From NCBI GenBank assembly GCA_032718475.1, contig JAUCBJ010005901.1, forward strand, positions 1 through 60,593: a stretch of 60,593 bases of DNA, written 5' to 3'. How positions within the stretch are numbered: position 1 is the first letter of the stretch; every line of letters starts with the position of its first letter. Shown here in pieces: positions 23,908 through 37,105 of the stretch. A program made the translations under genes and the position numbers. The notes below the pieces were generated by a model that worked only from the letters and a program-made list of their open reading frames with translations, was not told the DNA's origin and made no database searches. This stretch comes from Nemertoderma westbladi (Eukaryota > Animalia > Xenacoelomorpha).

Positions 23908-25963
23908 CAGGGCCGCTTTAAGCCAGTGGGAGGCCTGGGTCCCACTTGGAAGGGAGGTCCCCTCTCCAATTCCCTTATTACATACAGTGCACTGTATGTA
24001 TGTATGTATGTAAGTTTGATATTTAGTGCCATATGCCGCAAACATGTGCCACATGCTAAAGTGGCACGTCTGAGTGAAAGCGAAAATTTGAAACTATTTG
24101 CAATCGCATCAGCACTCTTGGAAACTCATGAGAACCAAAAATTGCGGCATTCTGACATTGTTTATCATATATCCTATATATGCGCATTTGGGCACGTGAC
24201 AAGAAATGGCACAACGCCAAACATTGATAACTCGAAACCCTTCCCAAACGATTCAGAACACATGAAAACCCGTATTGGAGAAAAATTGTTCTTAAAACAT
24301 GTACACTTTCCGAATTAATGCATTTTGGCCACAAAACATGGTTTCTGACCCACTGTGCAGTGGTGAGGCCAGGATTTGTAAATCAGTGGTAGGGAGGTGT
24401 GGCGGGGTTCAAAATATGTATACCACAGAGTGCTGAGAAACCACGCTTCACCTCATACTGTCAGCACTTTTCGTGCAAACAGGTGCAAAAAAGTACAATT
24501 TCACACATCCGAGTAAGTCCAAAACATGTTTCATTGTAATCAGCACCCAAAAATACCCCTTCTTACATAAAATTTATGTCGATTTGATGTTGTTACAAAA
24601 TGAAATTTTTTCATTACCAGCACTTTTCGTGCAACATGCTGGGTGCAAAAAAGAACAATTTCACACATCCGAGTAAGTCCAAAACATGATTCATTGTAAT
24701 CAGCACCCAAAAATACCCCATATTACATAAAGTTTATGTTGATGTGATGTTGTTACAAAATGAAATTTTTTCATTACCCAGCACTTTTCGTGCAACATGC
24801 AGGGTGCAAACAAGTACAATTTCACACATCCGAGTAAGTCCAAAACATGTTTCATTGTAATCAGCACCCAAAAATACCCCTTCTTACATAAAATTTATGT
24901 CGATTTGATGTTGTTACAAAATGAAATTTTTTCATTACCAGCACTTTTCGTGCAACATGCTGGGTGCAAAAAAGAACAATTTCACACATCCGAGTAAGTC
25001 CAAAACATAATTCATTGTAATCAGCACCCCAAAAAACCTTATTAGGCAGTCAATAGTTATAGATATCTTAAGTCTAAAAATATTTCGATTTTTTTTCAGA
25101 CACTATGAAAAAAAGGGGGGCACCCACCGAAAAGTAGCAATCCTTTGAAAATAAAAATAGTGCCAAAAGGTGCGCCGATAAAAGTTAGGAAAGGTCAAGA
25201 AATTTGCGTATCTCATTTTTAGTGCTTCTATGTTTGTAATCGATTTTTGATAGGGGGGGGGGGGGGGCAGGGGGTTCATAAGAACCCCCCCCCCCCCCCC
25301 CCCCCCCCCGGGACTGAAACGGTTAAACGTAGGCCTAAAAATTAACTGTGGCTACTAGTACTTTATTATTCAAAACTTATTTGGTCCGCGGACCAAATAA
25401 TAGTATTGTGATGTAAATATGACATTATTACGACCACAATTATAGCTAACATTGCTAACTTTCTGAACTTCGGTTTGGATTCGTATTAGGTTCGGTTCGG
25501 CCCGAACTTTGCACTGTTTCGGTTCGGCATCGGCCCCATAAAGTGCTTTCTGTTGGACCCTAGTTTGGACTTACTCCTGCTTACAGGCTATTTTAAACAG
25601 ATTTATATACTACCGGTCGGGTATGGTTAGGGAACAATTTTTATCAGTTTGAGACGATGTTTGAACTAGCATACAGGATAGGCCTACAACAAACAACCAA
25701 TAATAGAGATTACAAAACATAATGGACTACGATGCCCCTGGAGATTAAGTTTCAATACAAGGGCACCAGCCAGAAGAGAATGGAATTTAATGAAACTATA
25801 AAGTAATTATCACATCATTTGTGCAGTACAGTACCAATAATTTTAGTAAAATTCGTGGAAAAAGTCATATAATTATATTAAAATTTATGGCCGCATCGGT
25901 GGAATTGGTGGATGGCCCGGCGCCCGGGCCAATTGGGCCCGCCCTCCCCTTAATCCGGCCCTG
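23908..25963. mobile_element. Non-autonomous hAT-type element with 8-bp TSD
   Basis: CAGGGCCGCTTTAAG ... CTTAATCCGGCCCTG; TSD GGTGAAGA at 23900-23907 and 25964-25971. Confidence 0.88.
24462..25030. repeat. ~160-bp tandem repeat, ~3.5 copies, alternating A/B variants
   Basis: CAGCACTTTTCGTGCAA... starts at ~24462, 24619, 24780 and 24939. Confidence 0.9.
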
Positions 25964-26348
25964 GGTGAAGATGTTCTCTGACCAACTTCATTTAAATGCA
26001 AAACGTCATTAACAAATACGTCATAGTCCACAATCGAAGCTAATGTATCGACAACTTTGGGATCGGAATTAGTTTTATTGCAATAACTTATCAATGAGAA
26101 TTAAAATCAGCTAGAATTAAAATATAGTGAGCTTGAAATGATAGTGGATAATGACGAAGTGGTGTTTACACTTACAGTTGCGGTGAATAATAAGGTTGTT
26201 TGGTGGTATTACGACGGGTACGACTGAAAATGCGTGTGTCATGTGTGATAGCGAGTTTTTGTGTCATAATTTAATCCAGAATGGCATTCATTTTTTTTAA
26301 TAGATAATTCCGATTTATTGAAAACTATTTGTGTTTATATATTATTAG

Positions 26349-26621
26349 GGATGCTTCTTACCTCGGACCATCCGTTACTCTTGGACCAGGCCGGTATCCA
26401 ACAGGTACGGGTTTCCTACCACCAGGAGGTGATACAATAACGTCAATAGAACAAATACAAGCATCAGTGACAACGGCTTGCCCCAGCCCAAAGATAACGT
26501 TTTTTGATTACGAGAATTATCAAGGACAACAAGTGACTTTCAATGGGGAGGCAAACACACAATCATTCGATATGGCATTGATAAATGATGCTGCATCCAG
26601 CATTATTGTTGAATGTGGAAG
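26349..26621 (+). CDS. Beta/gamma-crystallin-domain gene, exon B (Greek keys 2-3)
   Basis: ttattag|(R)DASYLGPSVTLGPGRYP...DTITSI...ITFFDYENYQGQQ...INDAASSIIVECG(R)|gtgagt; 273 bp, phase 2 at both ends. Confidence 0.88.
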
Positions 26622-27220
26622 GTGAGTCATTTTGTTACTTCACAGTTATCTTAGATGCCATATTAACCGCTCATTGATTGTGATCATATAAGTCACTGCG
26701 CTCTTTTTAATTAAACTATCATACCCCTGAACAGGAGTTGTAACCCCAGAGTGGAGAAAGCACTGCATTCGAATTTCCAAACGAATTTTGGACTAATTGC
26801 GACCCGGAAAATTGGGAACTGGATAATTGTCCTGTCACAATTATACGGATTCAGATAAAAAATACGATGTAATGTAATTCATGATTTTATTATTTATTTA
26901 GTATACTTAAAATAATTCAAAACAGATAAACAATACGCATAATACCCCACCACACAGATAGTCATATAGAATCTATACCAAAATATTATCAAAAAGATAT
27001 TTCATGATCATTAATCATTAGTAAAATCATAAGAAACCATGTAATATAATTCTAATAATAAATAATTAGTTAGAATAGTCCAAAATATTATATTAATTAT
27101 TATTATTATTATTTCATATTTATTCCAGATAATTCCAATATATATATATGAATATATATAGACATCCATAAACTACAGTAAATATTAGAAATAGCACATT
27201 TTTAGATTAACTCTACTCTA

Positions 27221-28825
27221 CTACTTTACAACGTTAGATATAGCTAAACAAGTGTTACGGATATTGTAAAGAATAATGTTATTGGACGCATATACTCTAT
27301 CAAATAAACTAATGACTGAAAATCGTCTAATGTGAATAAAGTTGTTAATTCCTAGACTGACGAGCATGTTACTTGCACTGCAGTCGAATTTAAACCCAAA
27401 CAGCCGGCGAACTGTATTATTATATGCTACCTTGAGACGATCTAAGGTGGAATTAGAAAAGTAAACGTCTGCCCAAAGAGAGTTGCAATATATGGTACTA
27501 CAGTAACAGGAAAATAGTTTAGATTTCACATTTTTGCTGCACTTATTGAAATTCCTAATTAGAAGGTTACATCTCGCGTAAAAGCACCTGGTTTGATTAC
27601 GAATATCAATGTCGTCAGAAAAGTCATTTGTAATATAGTGTCCTAAATATTTGTATTTCGATACCTGTTCTAGAATTGCACCATTAATAAACATGGCTAT
27701 ATCAGAGACATAATGACGAGAGCAACTTTGTAAAAATAAACATTTAGATTTCTTAGCATTAAACTTTAGATCATTTTTATTGGCATAGTTCGCACAAATA
27801 TTAAGTAATTTGTCGCTAATACGTTCTAGAACGATTATCTCGAAAAGTTTGCCTATAATTGTACATAGGGCAATGGGGCGGTAATTATTATCATCAGTTA
27901 CTAAACCGGTCTTATCTTTTAAAACTGGAAATATATGAGATTCAATGATTGATGAAGGTAAAAAACCGTGTATAAAAAAGGCTGTGAATAAAAAACTAAG
28001 AAATATATGCAAACGAGGTGGGGCTAAAAATATATGTTCAGCAAATATATTATCAGGACCACAAGACTTATTGCTAGATAATGAAGTAATTGCCGTAACA
28101 GTCTCTTTAGGAGAGACCAGCATGTCAGTACTAAATGGAATATGAGAAATATAGCTATGTACATTCTCCGAAATTTGATTTATCCCTGAGCTGGAGTTGA
28201 ACAGTGATTTATATTTATCGGCCCACTGATTGCAGATTGATGGGGCCCCTTTGGCTGTACCGACTGACATTGGTGGAGAACCTCGGAAGCTAGTTTTATT
28301 CTTAACCTGTTGCCAAAATTTATATGAATCATTGTTAGAAAGTGACTGCGCTAGTCGATCCGACTGTATTTGCCCCTCAGCCCGTTTACAGTGACGCATA
28401 GCCCTCTTAAACTGGGCTTTGGCCCGTAGTAGTTGAGCATGTAGAGCCCCCCCTCGTTGGCCACCCATTTCGCGCCATAACAAGAAGAGTTCCCGTGAGT
28501 GTTCATACTTTTCTCTCGCTACTTCATTCCAGCCAGGTACATGCGAGTAGTTGTCAGAACCCCGTTTGACCCCAAGCGTCAATGACTCTGCTTTTTTTAA
28601 AGCAGAAACAATTTCCTCATTAAAAGCAAATATCTCCTTCCTGTGAGATTTACATTTAGTGTTCTCACACTTGATGGCAGACCATGGAACAGATATATTC
28701 GATAGTAATTCCTCGCATTTATTGGAGTAGAGATTACATTGATCCTGAGACAGAGATGACCAATTGGTCCTATTGTGGCACTCCGGAGTTTTTGATACAC
28801 CAGGTGGAATCTCAGTTGGTTCCAC
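27221..28825 (-). mobile_element. 5'-truncated CR1/L2-group LINE ORF2 with an in-frame deletion of the RT catalytic core
   Basis: PGWNE, GPDNI..EH, NYRPIAL...LERISD is followed directly by KLLNIC..LKFNAKKS and YKYLGH; there is no QG or YADD motif. (TAA)n tail at ~27095-27112. Confidence 0.85.
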
Positions 28826-29855
28826 AGGAATATTAATATATTATATATTATATATATTATATATTATATAACCCATAAATTTTTCAAAAACAATAAATTT
28901 GTGTTGAAATTTTCACAGAAGATAGCCTACATATCTAAGTTCTTTGGGCCAAACTCATGGACCGAGAAATACAACCCATTTGGTACTACAGATCCTTCTA
29001 CATGATATATTTTTCATAAAAACCCTCAAAATATTTACAAATTTTGAAAAAAACCGACTTGCACAAAAAGTCCCATATTTTTTGAACAAAATGGCTAACG
29101 AAGGTATCCGTACTCAGTTTTCTTAGTTAAAGATCACAGATAATTGTGTTCTAGTTTCAGAACCTATAAAATATAAAAAAATAGATTTGGGATGATACCC
29201 CCCTTAAGTATTCATTTTATGTAAATTAAAATATAGAAGTTATTAGAGAAAGGGGGGGGGGGGGGGCTGAATGCATATCTGATCTCAGATAAATATAATT
29301 TCGGGCATAATAAAATAACTTATTCTAAGCAGGGTCGATAGTTAATGGAAGGAAAGGTCAGGGTTGAATGAACTCCAATGAAATAATTATTGCTGATGCT
29401 GACAAATATAAATAGTGTTGTGCAGGGTTGCCAGGGGGTTGAGTGCCGGATTTACTAGACACCCCGACCCGTTGTTGTTTAGGACTACCGACTATTTTTA
29501 GTTTTAAAATTTCCCACCGTTTTTATTTTACATAATGTCGCCCAGTCCTTGCTAAGTAACATAATAAATACTCTTCTGGTGGAAAATGTTTGGTGCTTTG
29601 AAATTATGGATATTAGAATTATAGCGCTTCCCATCACAAAATTTACACCTTAGTATTTTGATAATATCTGTCAATTTTTGTTGAAATATAATACGGTTTG
29701 CAGATTCTGTTCCCGCTTTTAGAAGACTTCGATAATTTTCACTGTACAAATTTTATTATCACAGAAATCTTGCTAAAGTTTGCCAAACGAGATAATATCA
29801 GAAACAAATCAGCCAGCGCGGCGTATGATCCACCTTTAAATGGGATCCTGAAATA

Positions 29856-31173
29856 CAGGGTGTCCCATAAAATTTGTTACTACTTTGAATTTATATAACT
29901 CCCACGTATGTTGGATAAAATATAATTTTTTTATAACAATTTAAAGCCAATATTGTCACTTAGATTTTGGTCTGTGTTTGGAAACTCAACGTTGTCATGG
30001 AAACAAAATACAGCCAATTGAATTCAAAAGCTAGATTTTATACATTCGTAGGTGCATGTTCTAGGCTTTTGCGGGTATTTATTTTATGAGAAAGTTAGTG
30101 TTGCTATGGAAATAAGACTAGCTACCATTTTGGTTTACTCTTGTGTTTTAAATTGGAACCATGTTCTCTGGTGAAGAGAAAGTTTTTATTGTAAAAACGT
30201 ATTTTGAAACTAAGTCGTCCAAACTAACAGCTAGTGCATTTGGACACAAATTTCCAAATCAGCGTCAATTTTAAGATTCGTAAAAAAACTTTCATCCGAA
30301 TTCGGTTTCACCAGAAAAAAGGGGTCAGGAAGACGCATTCGTGTTTCAAGAGAAATCATTGAGGCCCATTTTATCCAGAATCCCAAGACATCTCTGAGGC
30401 GGGCATCACTATCATTAAGCTACAGTCGAAGCAGTATTCAAAGAGTTATTAAGAAACTCAAATTTAAATCTTACAAAATTCAGCTCCTACATGCAATTCA
30501 ACAAAACGACTACACCAGACGTGTCAATAATGCGGCCCAGATATTGAACTTTCTAGAATCTAAGGACTTATCCAAGGTATTCTTTAGTGATGAGTCTACC
30601 TTTCATGTCAATGGACAAGTAAATAGATGGAATTCTCGGATTTGGGGAAAGGAAAACCCACACTCAATCGCTAAAAAATCCTGCGACTCACCAAAGGTCA
30701 CTGTATGGCCGCTATGTCTCGCACACGATTAATTGGTCCATACTTTTTTGATACACCAACTGTTACAAGTGCCAGTTATTTAGATTTGATATCTTCATTT
30801 TTTTGTTCCTCGGTTAGGAATCCATCATAGCGATATTGTGTTCCAGCAAGATGGTGCACCGCCACACTGGGGGCTTATCGTTAGGAATTATTTGGACTGT
30901 CATTTTAACGGACATTGGATTGGCAGAGATGGACCAGTGCTGTGGCCACCACGCTTCCCGGACCTGACACCTTGCGATTTCTATTTATGGGGCCACATTA
31001 AGAACTTAGTTTATAGCCAACCGATTGAATCCTTGGCCCAACTTCGTCCTGCTATTACTGAAGCCTTCAACGGAATACCGAAAGCCCATCTTCAGAGATC
31101 CTTTACAGAAATGATGAGTAGACTAGAAAAAGTGCAGGAAATAGGAGGTGGCCACATAGAGATTTACAAATAG
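29856..31173 (+). mobile_element. Tc1/mariner DD41D (rosa/Visitor-type) element; transposase disrupted, right TIR not found
   Basis: TA-CAGGGTGTCCC left end; ATG at 30161; FSDESTFH; FQQD-(41 aa)-D in WPPRFPDLTPCDFYLWG. Confidence 0.88.
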
Positions 31174-32659
31174 ATACTGGTACAATAATAGCATTAAACT
31201 ACTAGTGTCTAATCTAATGTCTAACCAAATAAATAGCGGGGTTTTAGCATCAGTTTAGCAAGTAGAGGAGCTAAAACTAGCTGAGAGTAGTGTGATTTTA
31301 GCACCAATTTAGTCACTGAATATAAAAGCAAATAGCAGATTATTTCTCCAGAACATACACACATACCCATGGCACCTGGAAGCACAGGACATTCACCAAA
31401 GATATTGGACATTAACATATGGTTATTCTGTTCTTACCCATGATGTAATCATCACTGATATGTATCCAATGTTTAAAGACCTCGTGTTGCCCGAGCAACT
31501 GGTTAGTGGCCCTATGGCAGTGGGTACTTTGGACATATGTCCGACTTAACTGGTCAGCTTTTGATGAGGGCATTTAACTTCGTACTTCAATCCCAATTCG
31601 ACAAAAGATCGGTAAAGGTACTTAGAAACGCAGAAAATTTGAAAATTAGAAAAGCATAAGTTACATCAGTAGGTGTCCTTCCATCAATTTGATAAAGAAA
31701 TCGAAAATCTGGAGGAAAATATTGATCCAGGACACATTTATTCGATAGGCGATTTCTTCGAGAATAGATGCCAACAAAGTAAAGACAAAATCAGCTCAAG
31801 GCGAAGCATACAGAAATAGACGAAAGAAAAAAGGCAGCTGCAGCTCAGCCTAGGGTGCGGGTGCTCATATACGGTCTCTTTTCCGAGACAGTAACTCTCC
31901 ATGGCCCCTCTTGACTCATCAACTCGTGACTGTGACCCAAACAACCAAGCCTGCATCAGTACAAACTGCTGTACTGAAACGCACTCTCAGCATTGCGCAC
32001 ACAGAAGCAAGAAAATCATGTCGTAATAACGTCAACACGAGATCCAAAGCGACCAAGATTGATTCTACCTGATTCTACCTGGTACCCCCACAGGTGGTTG
32101 TACCGATAGAAATCAGATCCCTCCTGATATGCTAGTGCTACATCCTTCGCCCCAGAGTAGCAATCCCCCTATCAAAGTGACGCACTCAGAAGAGAAAGAA
32201 ACTGTAAGAAAGTTTAAGAAGTACTAAGTAGCAGACTCAAAAATAAACCTCTTGTTGGGCCCACTTATATTGTGATTTGTTCGAAGTAGTGACTTATTTT
32301 GAGTAGTCTTTCTTATTAGAAAGTGTAACTCTGGTGTAAATATTAATCTCAAGTCCCACATTCTGGGATGGTAAAATTCTCCAAGGTCAGTAAATCAGGT
32401 CCCAGAGTGTATTTCAGTTGGGTCCATAATACCACATCCCTAAAGGATGTGACAATTCGAAATAATATAAGGATTGAATGTAGTACAGTACAAACAGTTC
32501 TAAAAAAATAATTCAATATAATTGAGTACTGTAGAGCATGAGTACTGTAGAGCAGAGTGTAGTGAGGTACAGTATAGCACAGTTCATAAAGTGTAGTTCA
32601 TGTAGCACACTATCAGTCAATATAGAGTTCATCCTAAAAATCCGACCTCAGATGTGAGT

Positions 32660-34528
32660 TTAAAATTTAATAAACTTAGACACGCACTTGCCACATATCA
32701 CGAAGCAATGCTCATTACAAATGTAATCATCACAATTACAACATGAAAGAAATGTTTTCAAATCTTTAGATCTATCGCATTCCACACATCGACGTCGCTT
32801 TCTCTTACGTGATTCAGCTATTGAAATCAGATTATTCGAGGTTGCTATATTACTTCCTTCATTATCATCATCCAGTCTACGTGCATTGCGAATAACTAAC
32901 AATGCTGCTTCAGTACGAGGCATAGTAGTTCGTGTCAGTAGTGTTGGACCAATTAGTTCACGACCCAATCGTTCCAAGAACAAACGCCGTTGGTTACGTT
33001 TATGATTGAAGTAGTCTGGAAATAGGTCCATCCAGATGCAGAAGGCATTATATCCAGAGATGCCAATTATATGACTAAATACAACGACGGGCCATCTTCG
33101 AGTTTTTCGTTTCACTGAGTATTCTTCCAAACACTTATCTACTGCATCTACACCTCCCTTAGTTTTATTATAATCCATGATCATTAGAGGTTTCTTCTTA
33201 TCACCAACACTGGATAATTCATTCCCACTATGCATCGTACTCAGTAATGCAACAATTTTACCTTTCTTGGGGCAATATGAAACTATAGTGGTATCATTAG
33301 TATGTCCAAATAAACTGCTAAATGGTTCTCGAGATTGAGTAGCAACAAACTCCAATGGGAGTTCTGGTTTGTTTCTTCGAAGTGTTCCTAATAAGGTTTG
33401 CTTTCGTTTCAACATCTCCTGACCCAAACTGTACGAGGTGTAAAAGTTGTCAGTTGTCACATTTCGTCCTGGCAACCCAACAGTTAGCTCCAAAGCAACT
33501 CTCTGACCTTGATTCCGCTCAGGGCTGTCACCTTCCTGCTTTCCAAGATACGGTTGAACATTGTAAATGTAATTATTGTTTTCAGCTGTAACAGATGTAC
33601 ATGTCCAAAACTTCAGCCCATATTTTGCAGGTTTCTGCGGCATATATTGACGGAAGGAGCAACGCCCTCTAAATTTGACTAATGTTTCATCAACGCAGAG
33701 ATACTCTTTTGGAACATATGCTAATGCTAACTGATTTGTAAATTTATCCCATAAATCACGAATCGCGGCAAATTTATCGACTTCACGGCGACGTTTAGCT
33801 TTTTCATCAAAACGCAGCATTCCAGATATTTCTGAAAACCTATTTTTAGACATTGTTGCAGCGAAAATAGGGCGACCGGATTCACTATTCCAGAGCTGAA
33901 CAATAGCTTCATTAGCAGAACGATAAACTCCTGATAAAACTAACAGTCCCACATAGGCTTGGAGTTCTTCAGTTGTCAGTTCTTTCCACTTTTTAGCAGA
34001 TTTAGCAATAGCATGTAAATTCGTCATTTCAATAACTAGATTCATCATTCTATCAGTAAAAAATAGCGAAAATGCCGAGGAAATAAAACTACATGATGTC
34101 ACAGCAAGCCGTGTTGGACCTGTTCTACCATGGATAATGTTTTGTGGTCGAACCTTCCCTGCTATTGTTGGTGGATTCTTTCCCCAATTAATGGTTTTAT
34201 TAGTGTCCTTATGACGAGAATGGAATTCAGAATCGCCGCCATATTCACCGTCACAATCCACATCACTGCCATCCAATTCATCGTTGGAATCGCTATCAGG
34301 GCCTTTATCATCTGCCTCTTTTATTGGTACTCCGGCTTCAGATTCATCACTACTCGATTGATCATCGTCGTCATCATCAACAGTGCAATCGTTTTCATCG
34401 TCATTATTCTGTTCTAAAATCGGTGCAATATTCAGATGTTGATAGGGCAATTGCTGGCGTGGTAAACGATTTCTTCGGGGATATTCTTTTCTCAACGGCT
34501 GTTCGACATCACCTTGCACGTCATCCAT
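32660..34528 (-). CDS. piggyBac transposase, intact 622-aa ORF
   Basis: Acidic N-terminus, VDETL...KPAKYGLK, TDNFYTS, YNKTKGGVD, and a C-terminal Cys-rich domain (C..C...CCNCDDYICNEHC...C..C). Confidence 0.95.
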   Translation of the reverse strand: MDDVQGDVEQPLRKEYPRRNRLPRQQLPYQHLNIAPILEQNNDDENDCTVDDDDDDQSSSDESEAGVPIKEADDKGPDSDSNDELDGSDVDCDGEYGGDSEFHSRHKDTNKTINWGKNPPTIAGKVRPQNIIHGRTGPTRLAVTSCSFISSAFSLFFTDRMMNLVIEMTNLHAIAKSAKKWKELTTEELQAYVGLLVLSGVYRSANEAIVQLWNSESGRPIFAATMSKNRFSEISGMLRFDEKAKRRREVDKFAAIRDLWDKFTNQLALAYVPKEYLCVDETLVKFRGRCSFRQYMPQKPAKYGLKFWTCTSVTAENNNYIYNVQPYLGKQEGDSPERNQGQRVALELTVGLPGRNVTTDNFYTSYSLGQEMLKRKQTLLGTLRRNKPELPLEFVATQSREPFSSLFGHTNDTTIVSYCPKKGKIVALLSTMHSGNELSSVGDKKKPLMIMDYNKTKGGVDAVDKCLEEYSVKRKTRRWPVVVFSHIIGISGYNAFCIWMDLFPDYFNHKRNQRRLFLERLGRELIGPTLLTRTTMPRTEAALLVIRNARRLDDDNEGSNIATSNNLISIAESRKRKRRRCVECDRSKDLKTFLSCCNCDDYICNEHCFVICGKCVSKFIKF

Positions 34529-34704
34529 GTTAATGATTATTATAAGATGTAAAAGGGAGATTCTGTCTATTGTACAGTACCGTGTACCGGTACCGGTACA
34601 GTACCGTGTACCGGTAACTGCAATATCAGAATTGTCACACTTTGTTCAACAAATTTAATAATATATTTATTGAATATCCCTCCAAAAACAAAATAAAATG
34701 CCTT

Positions 34705-34918
34705 GGGGTCACACCTGACCCCAGGTATGTTAAAGTAACTTTCAACTTTTCTCCATTACCCCTAATTGGATGGGCAAATATGTATGGTTGATTTAATTAG
34801 CCAATCACAGTGAAGGAATAGCTTATATGACATAGCATATAGATTACCCATTTCATGCATGCAGCCTTATAAACATGCCAAAGGGTCATATGTGACCCCA
34901 AGGTTGCACAAAGGTTAA
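34705..34918 (-). mobile_element. piggyBac 5' terminus (TTAA plus TIR and subterminal palindromes)
   Basis: ...GGTTGCACAAAAGG-TTAA, element end at 34914; GGGGTCAC..TGACCCC palindromes at ~34705 and ~34883. Confidence 0.75.
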
Positions 34919-37105
34919 ATTAAAATTTTAAAAAATTAGGCGGGAGAGGGATTCCGACTTGCTAAAAATGGTCGTTGTATTGACCCTATTAGTACCGGCC
35001 TATAAAATGTTGTATAAATACCATGGCTGGTCATGTTGACACCCCCCCCCCCCCCCCTCCCCCCCCCAAAAAAAATCTACAAATTTTAATGAAGATGTTT
35101 GATATTTTGTTTGTATGTAGATTTCAATAGTCTGAATCAGAACGAAAAAAAATTCTAAAAAATGTAATTGGCTGGTTATTTTGCAGAACCAAAATTCCAA
35201 GTACTGAACAATTTTGAAAAGTTTTCGTTTTCTTATTTTCGAATTATTTAGGTTTTCTGGGACGCTGATTCTAATGGAATGCATTTCTAATTTTCCAGAT
35301 CATTGCAACTTGTATTTTTCGGCATAATATGACACATTTTGATGCTAACACGAAATTACACCCACTACCAAAAAATACAAGTTTGAGTACTCTCTGCAAT
35401 TTTGACTTATTCCATTGAATTCAGGACCCTTACAAGCCCATATAACGTAAGTAACAAGTAACAATTGATATATTGGATGGGTTTCAAATTATTTGATAGA
35501 AAAATAAAAGTTTGAGATATAAAATCTATCTATCTAGATATAAAATTACGTATTCAATTCAATTCAGATCCCTCATAAACCCCTAAAATGCGAGAAATAA
35601 GTTGTCATAGTCAATTGAATTATTTAATTAATTTTCAAAATTTCGTGCTAGCACAAAATTTTGCACACACCACCGAAAAATACAAGTTTGATATGCTTGA
35701 TGCAATTCGCATATATTCCATCGAAACGAGAACCACAAAAACCCATATTGCGCTGAAAACAGGTTCAAGCAATCAATTTCCAAATTTACATATTTCAAAA
35801 CTTGTTGCTTGGTAAATCAACTTCTCAATTTAGATATTATAAATCGTATTTCATGAAAATTTAAAAATTAAGCTATAACTCGAAAAGTTCATAATATTTT
35901 TAAAAACCGTTTTTAATATTAGGAAGGCAATATATTTTTTAGGAAAAGTCGTAAATTTCCAGATTACCAATTGTGTTTGTTTCAGAGTTTAATAGAAAAA
36001 AAATCACAGGAGAGTCATATTGACCTTCCCCCCACCCCGGGTTTAATAATTTTAAGGGAGATGCTGTTGGCTCTACTAATTTTAGGAGCATCAGTTAAAC
36101 AATTAATTTTCTTTAAAATATCCCCTTGACAATAAAGACTTTATAATGTCCGCATTTTGAGGACAATAAAGTAATTCTCCAATCAATCGTCCAAAAATGC
36201 GCTAATGAATTATTTATCCAAGCAATGATTTAGAAGTTGATTTTGCATTATTTATTCTAGATTAAATGTTGGTAATTATTAATAAATTTAGCATTAAAAT
36301 AAAAAACTAATATTATTTAGTTAAACTAAAATGGTGCAGAATTTAACTTAAATTTGCGATACTTTGTTCGTTATCATTCTAATTCAAAAGGAAATATTTT
36401 AAAGAAAACAACATCTTTAACAAAAAATAGTATTTTTTGTCCTCCTTGATTGTAGAGTTACGACTAAGAAAGACAGACATCTATCTGGCTGTTGTTTTTG
36501 TTGACTTCGGTTCAATCTATCTATCAAATATATTCTGCATAAAATTTGCATTATGTTGGAATCCTAAAGGATTTATTCCAGATTTTAGATACAAATTGTT
36601 CTACAATATAGAATTTTAACAATGTAGTTCTGCATTTTCTACAATAAAACATAATAACATATACATTTGAAGCATTATGTGGTGACCTCCAAGGAGACAT
36701 TCTTACAATCCTTATTCATAATTGTGGTTGCCTATGTTATAGACATTGTTCTTAGATCATTATTATGAATAATATGGGAATATGGTAACACCTCCTACTG
36801 TCTATAGAAGTTTATTAGATTAGATAGAAGATTAGTATTCTCAGAATAGCTAGAGGGACCACAACTGATCTTCAACCTTTTGGGTCTTTTTGTTAACTCC
36901 AAGAAAGACCTAATTTTAAGAGCTGTCCTAAACGGTGCAGTCCTCACGAAATGTCTCATCATATGGCCATAAGCTCTAAGAATGGTATGTTTGAAAAACT
37001 TCTGCTAAGTGGAATCATGGTTCTAGAGGTCAGGTAATGCAAGGTATGGTATGTAAGTAAGGTTGGGTGAGAGAGAATAACAGAAACAATTAAATGATTT
37101 TGCAG

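Larger units (their letters stand above)
21980..26110 (-). pseudogene. EnSpm/CACTA (CMC)-type transposase relic, interrupted by the 23908-25963 element
   Basis: LYPGS...KHHISDACVSDLL...LPIPNKCP; DITSG; DGVSI...NIWP; VADLPAKA; PMHLVDHG; HALSHLVEQVRGFGPL..SVFE. The frame continues across the insertion (GQRTSSP|IDFDK). Confidence 0.7.

Noticed and set aside
24340-24357. CACAGTG (RSS heptamer/Transib-like) terminus
   Set aside because: Only one end, with no partner, TSD or transposase, so it is not called as an element.
34960-36060. Possible further MITE(s)
   Set aside because: The texture is MITE-like, but I could not pair TIRs or find a TSD.
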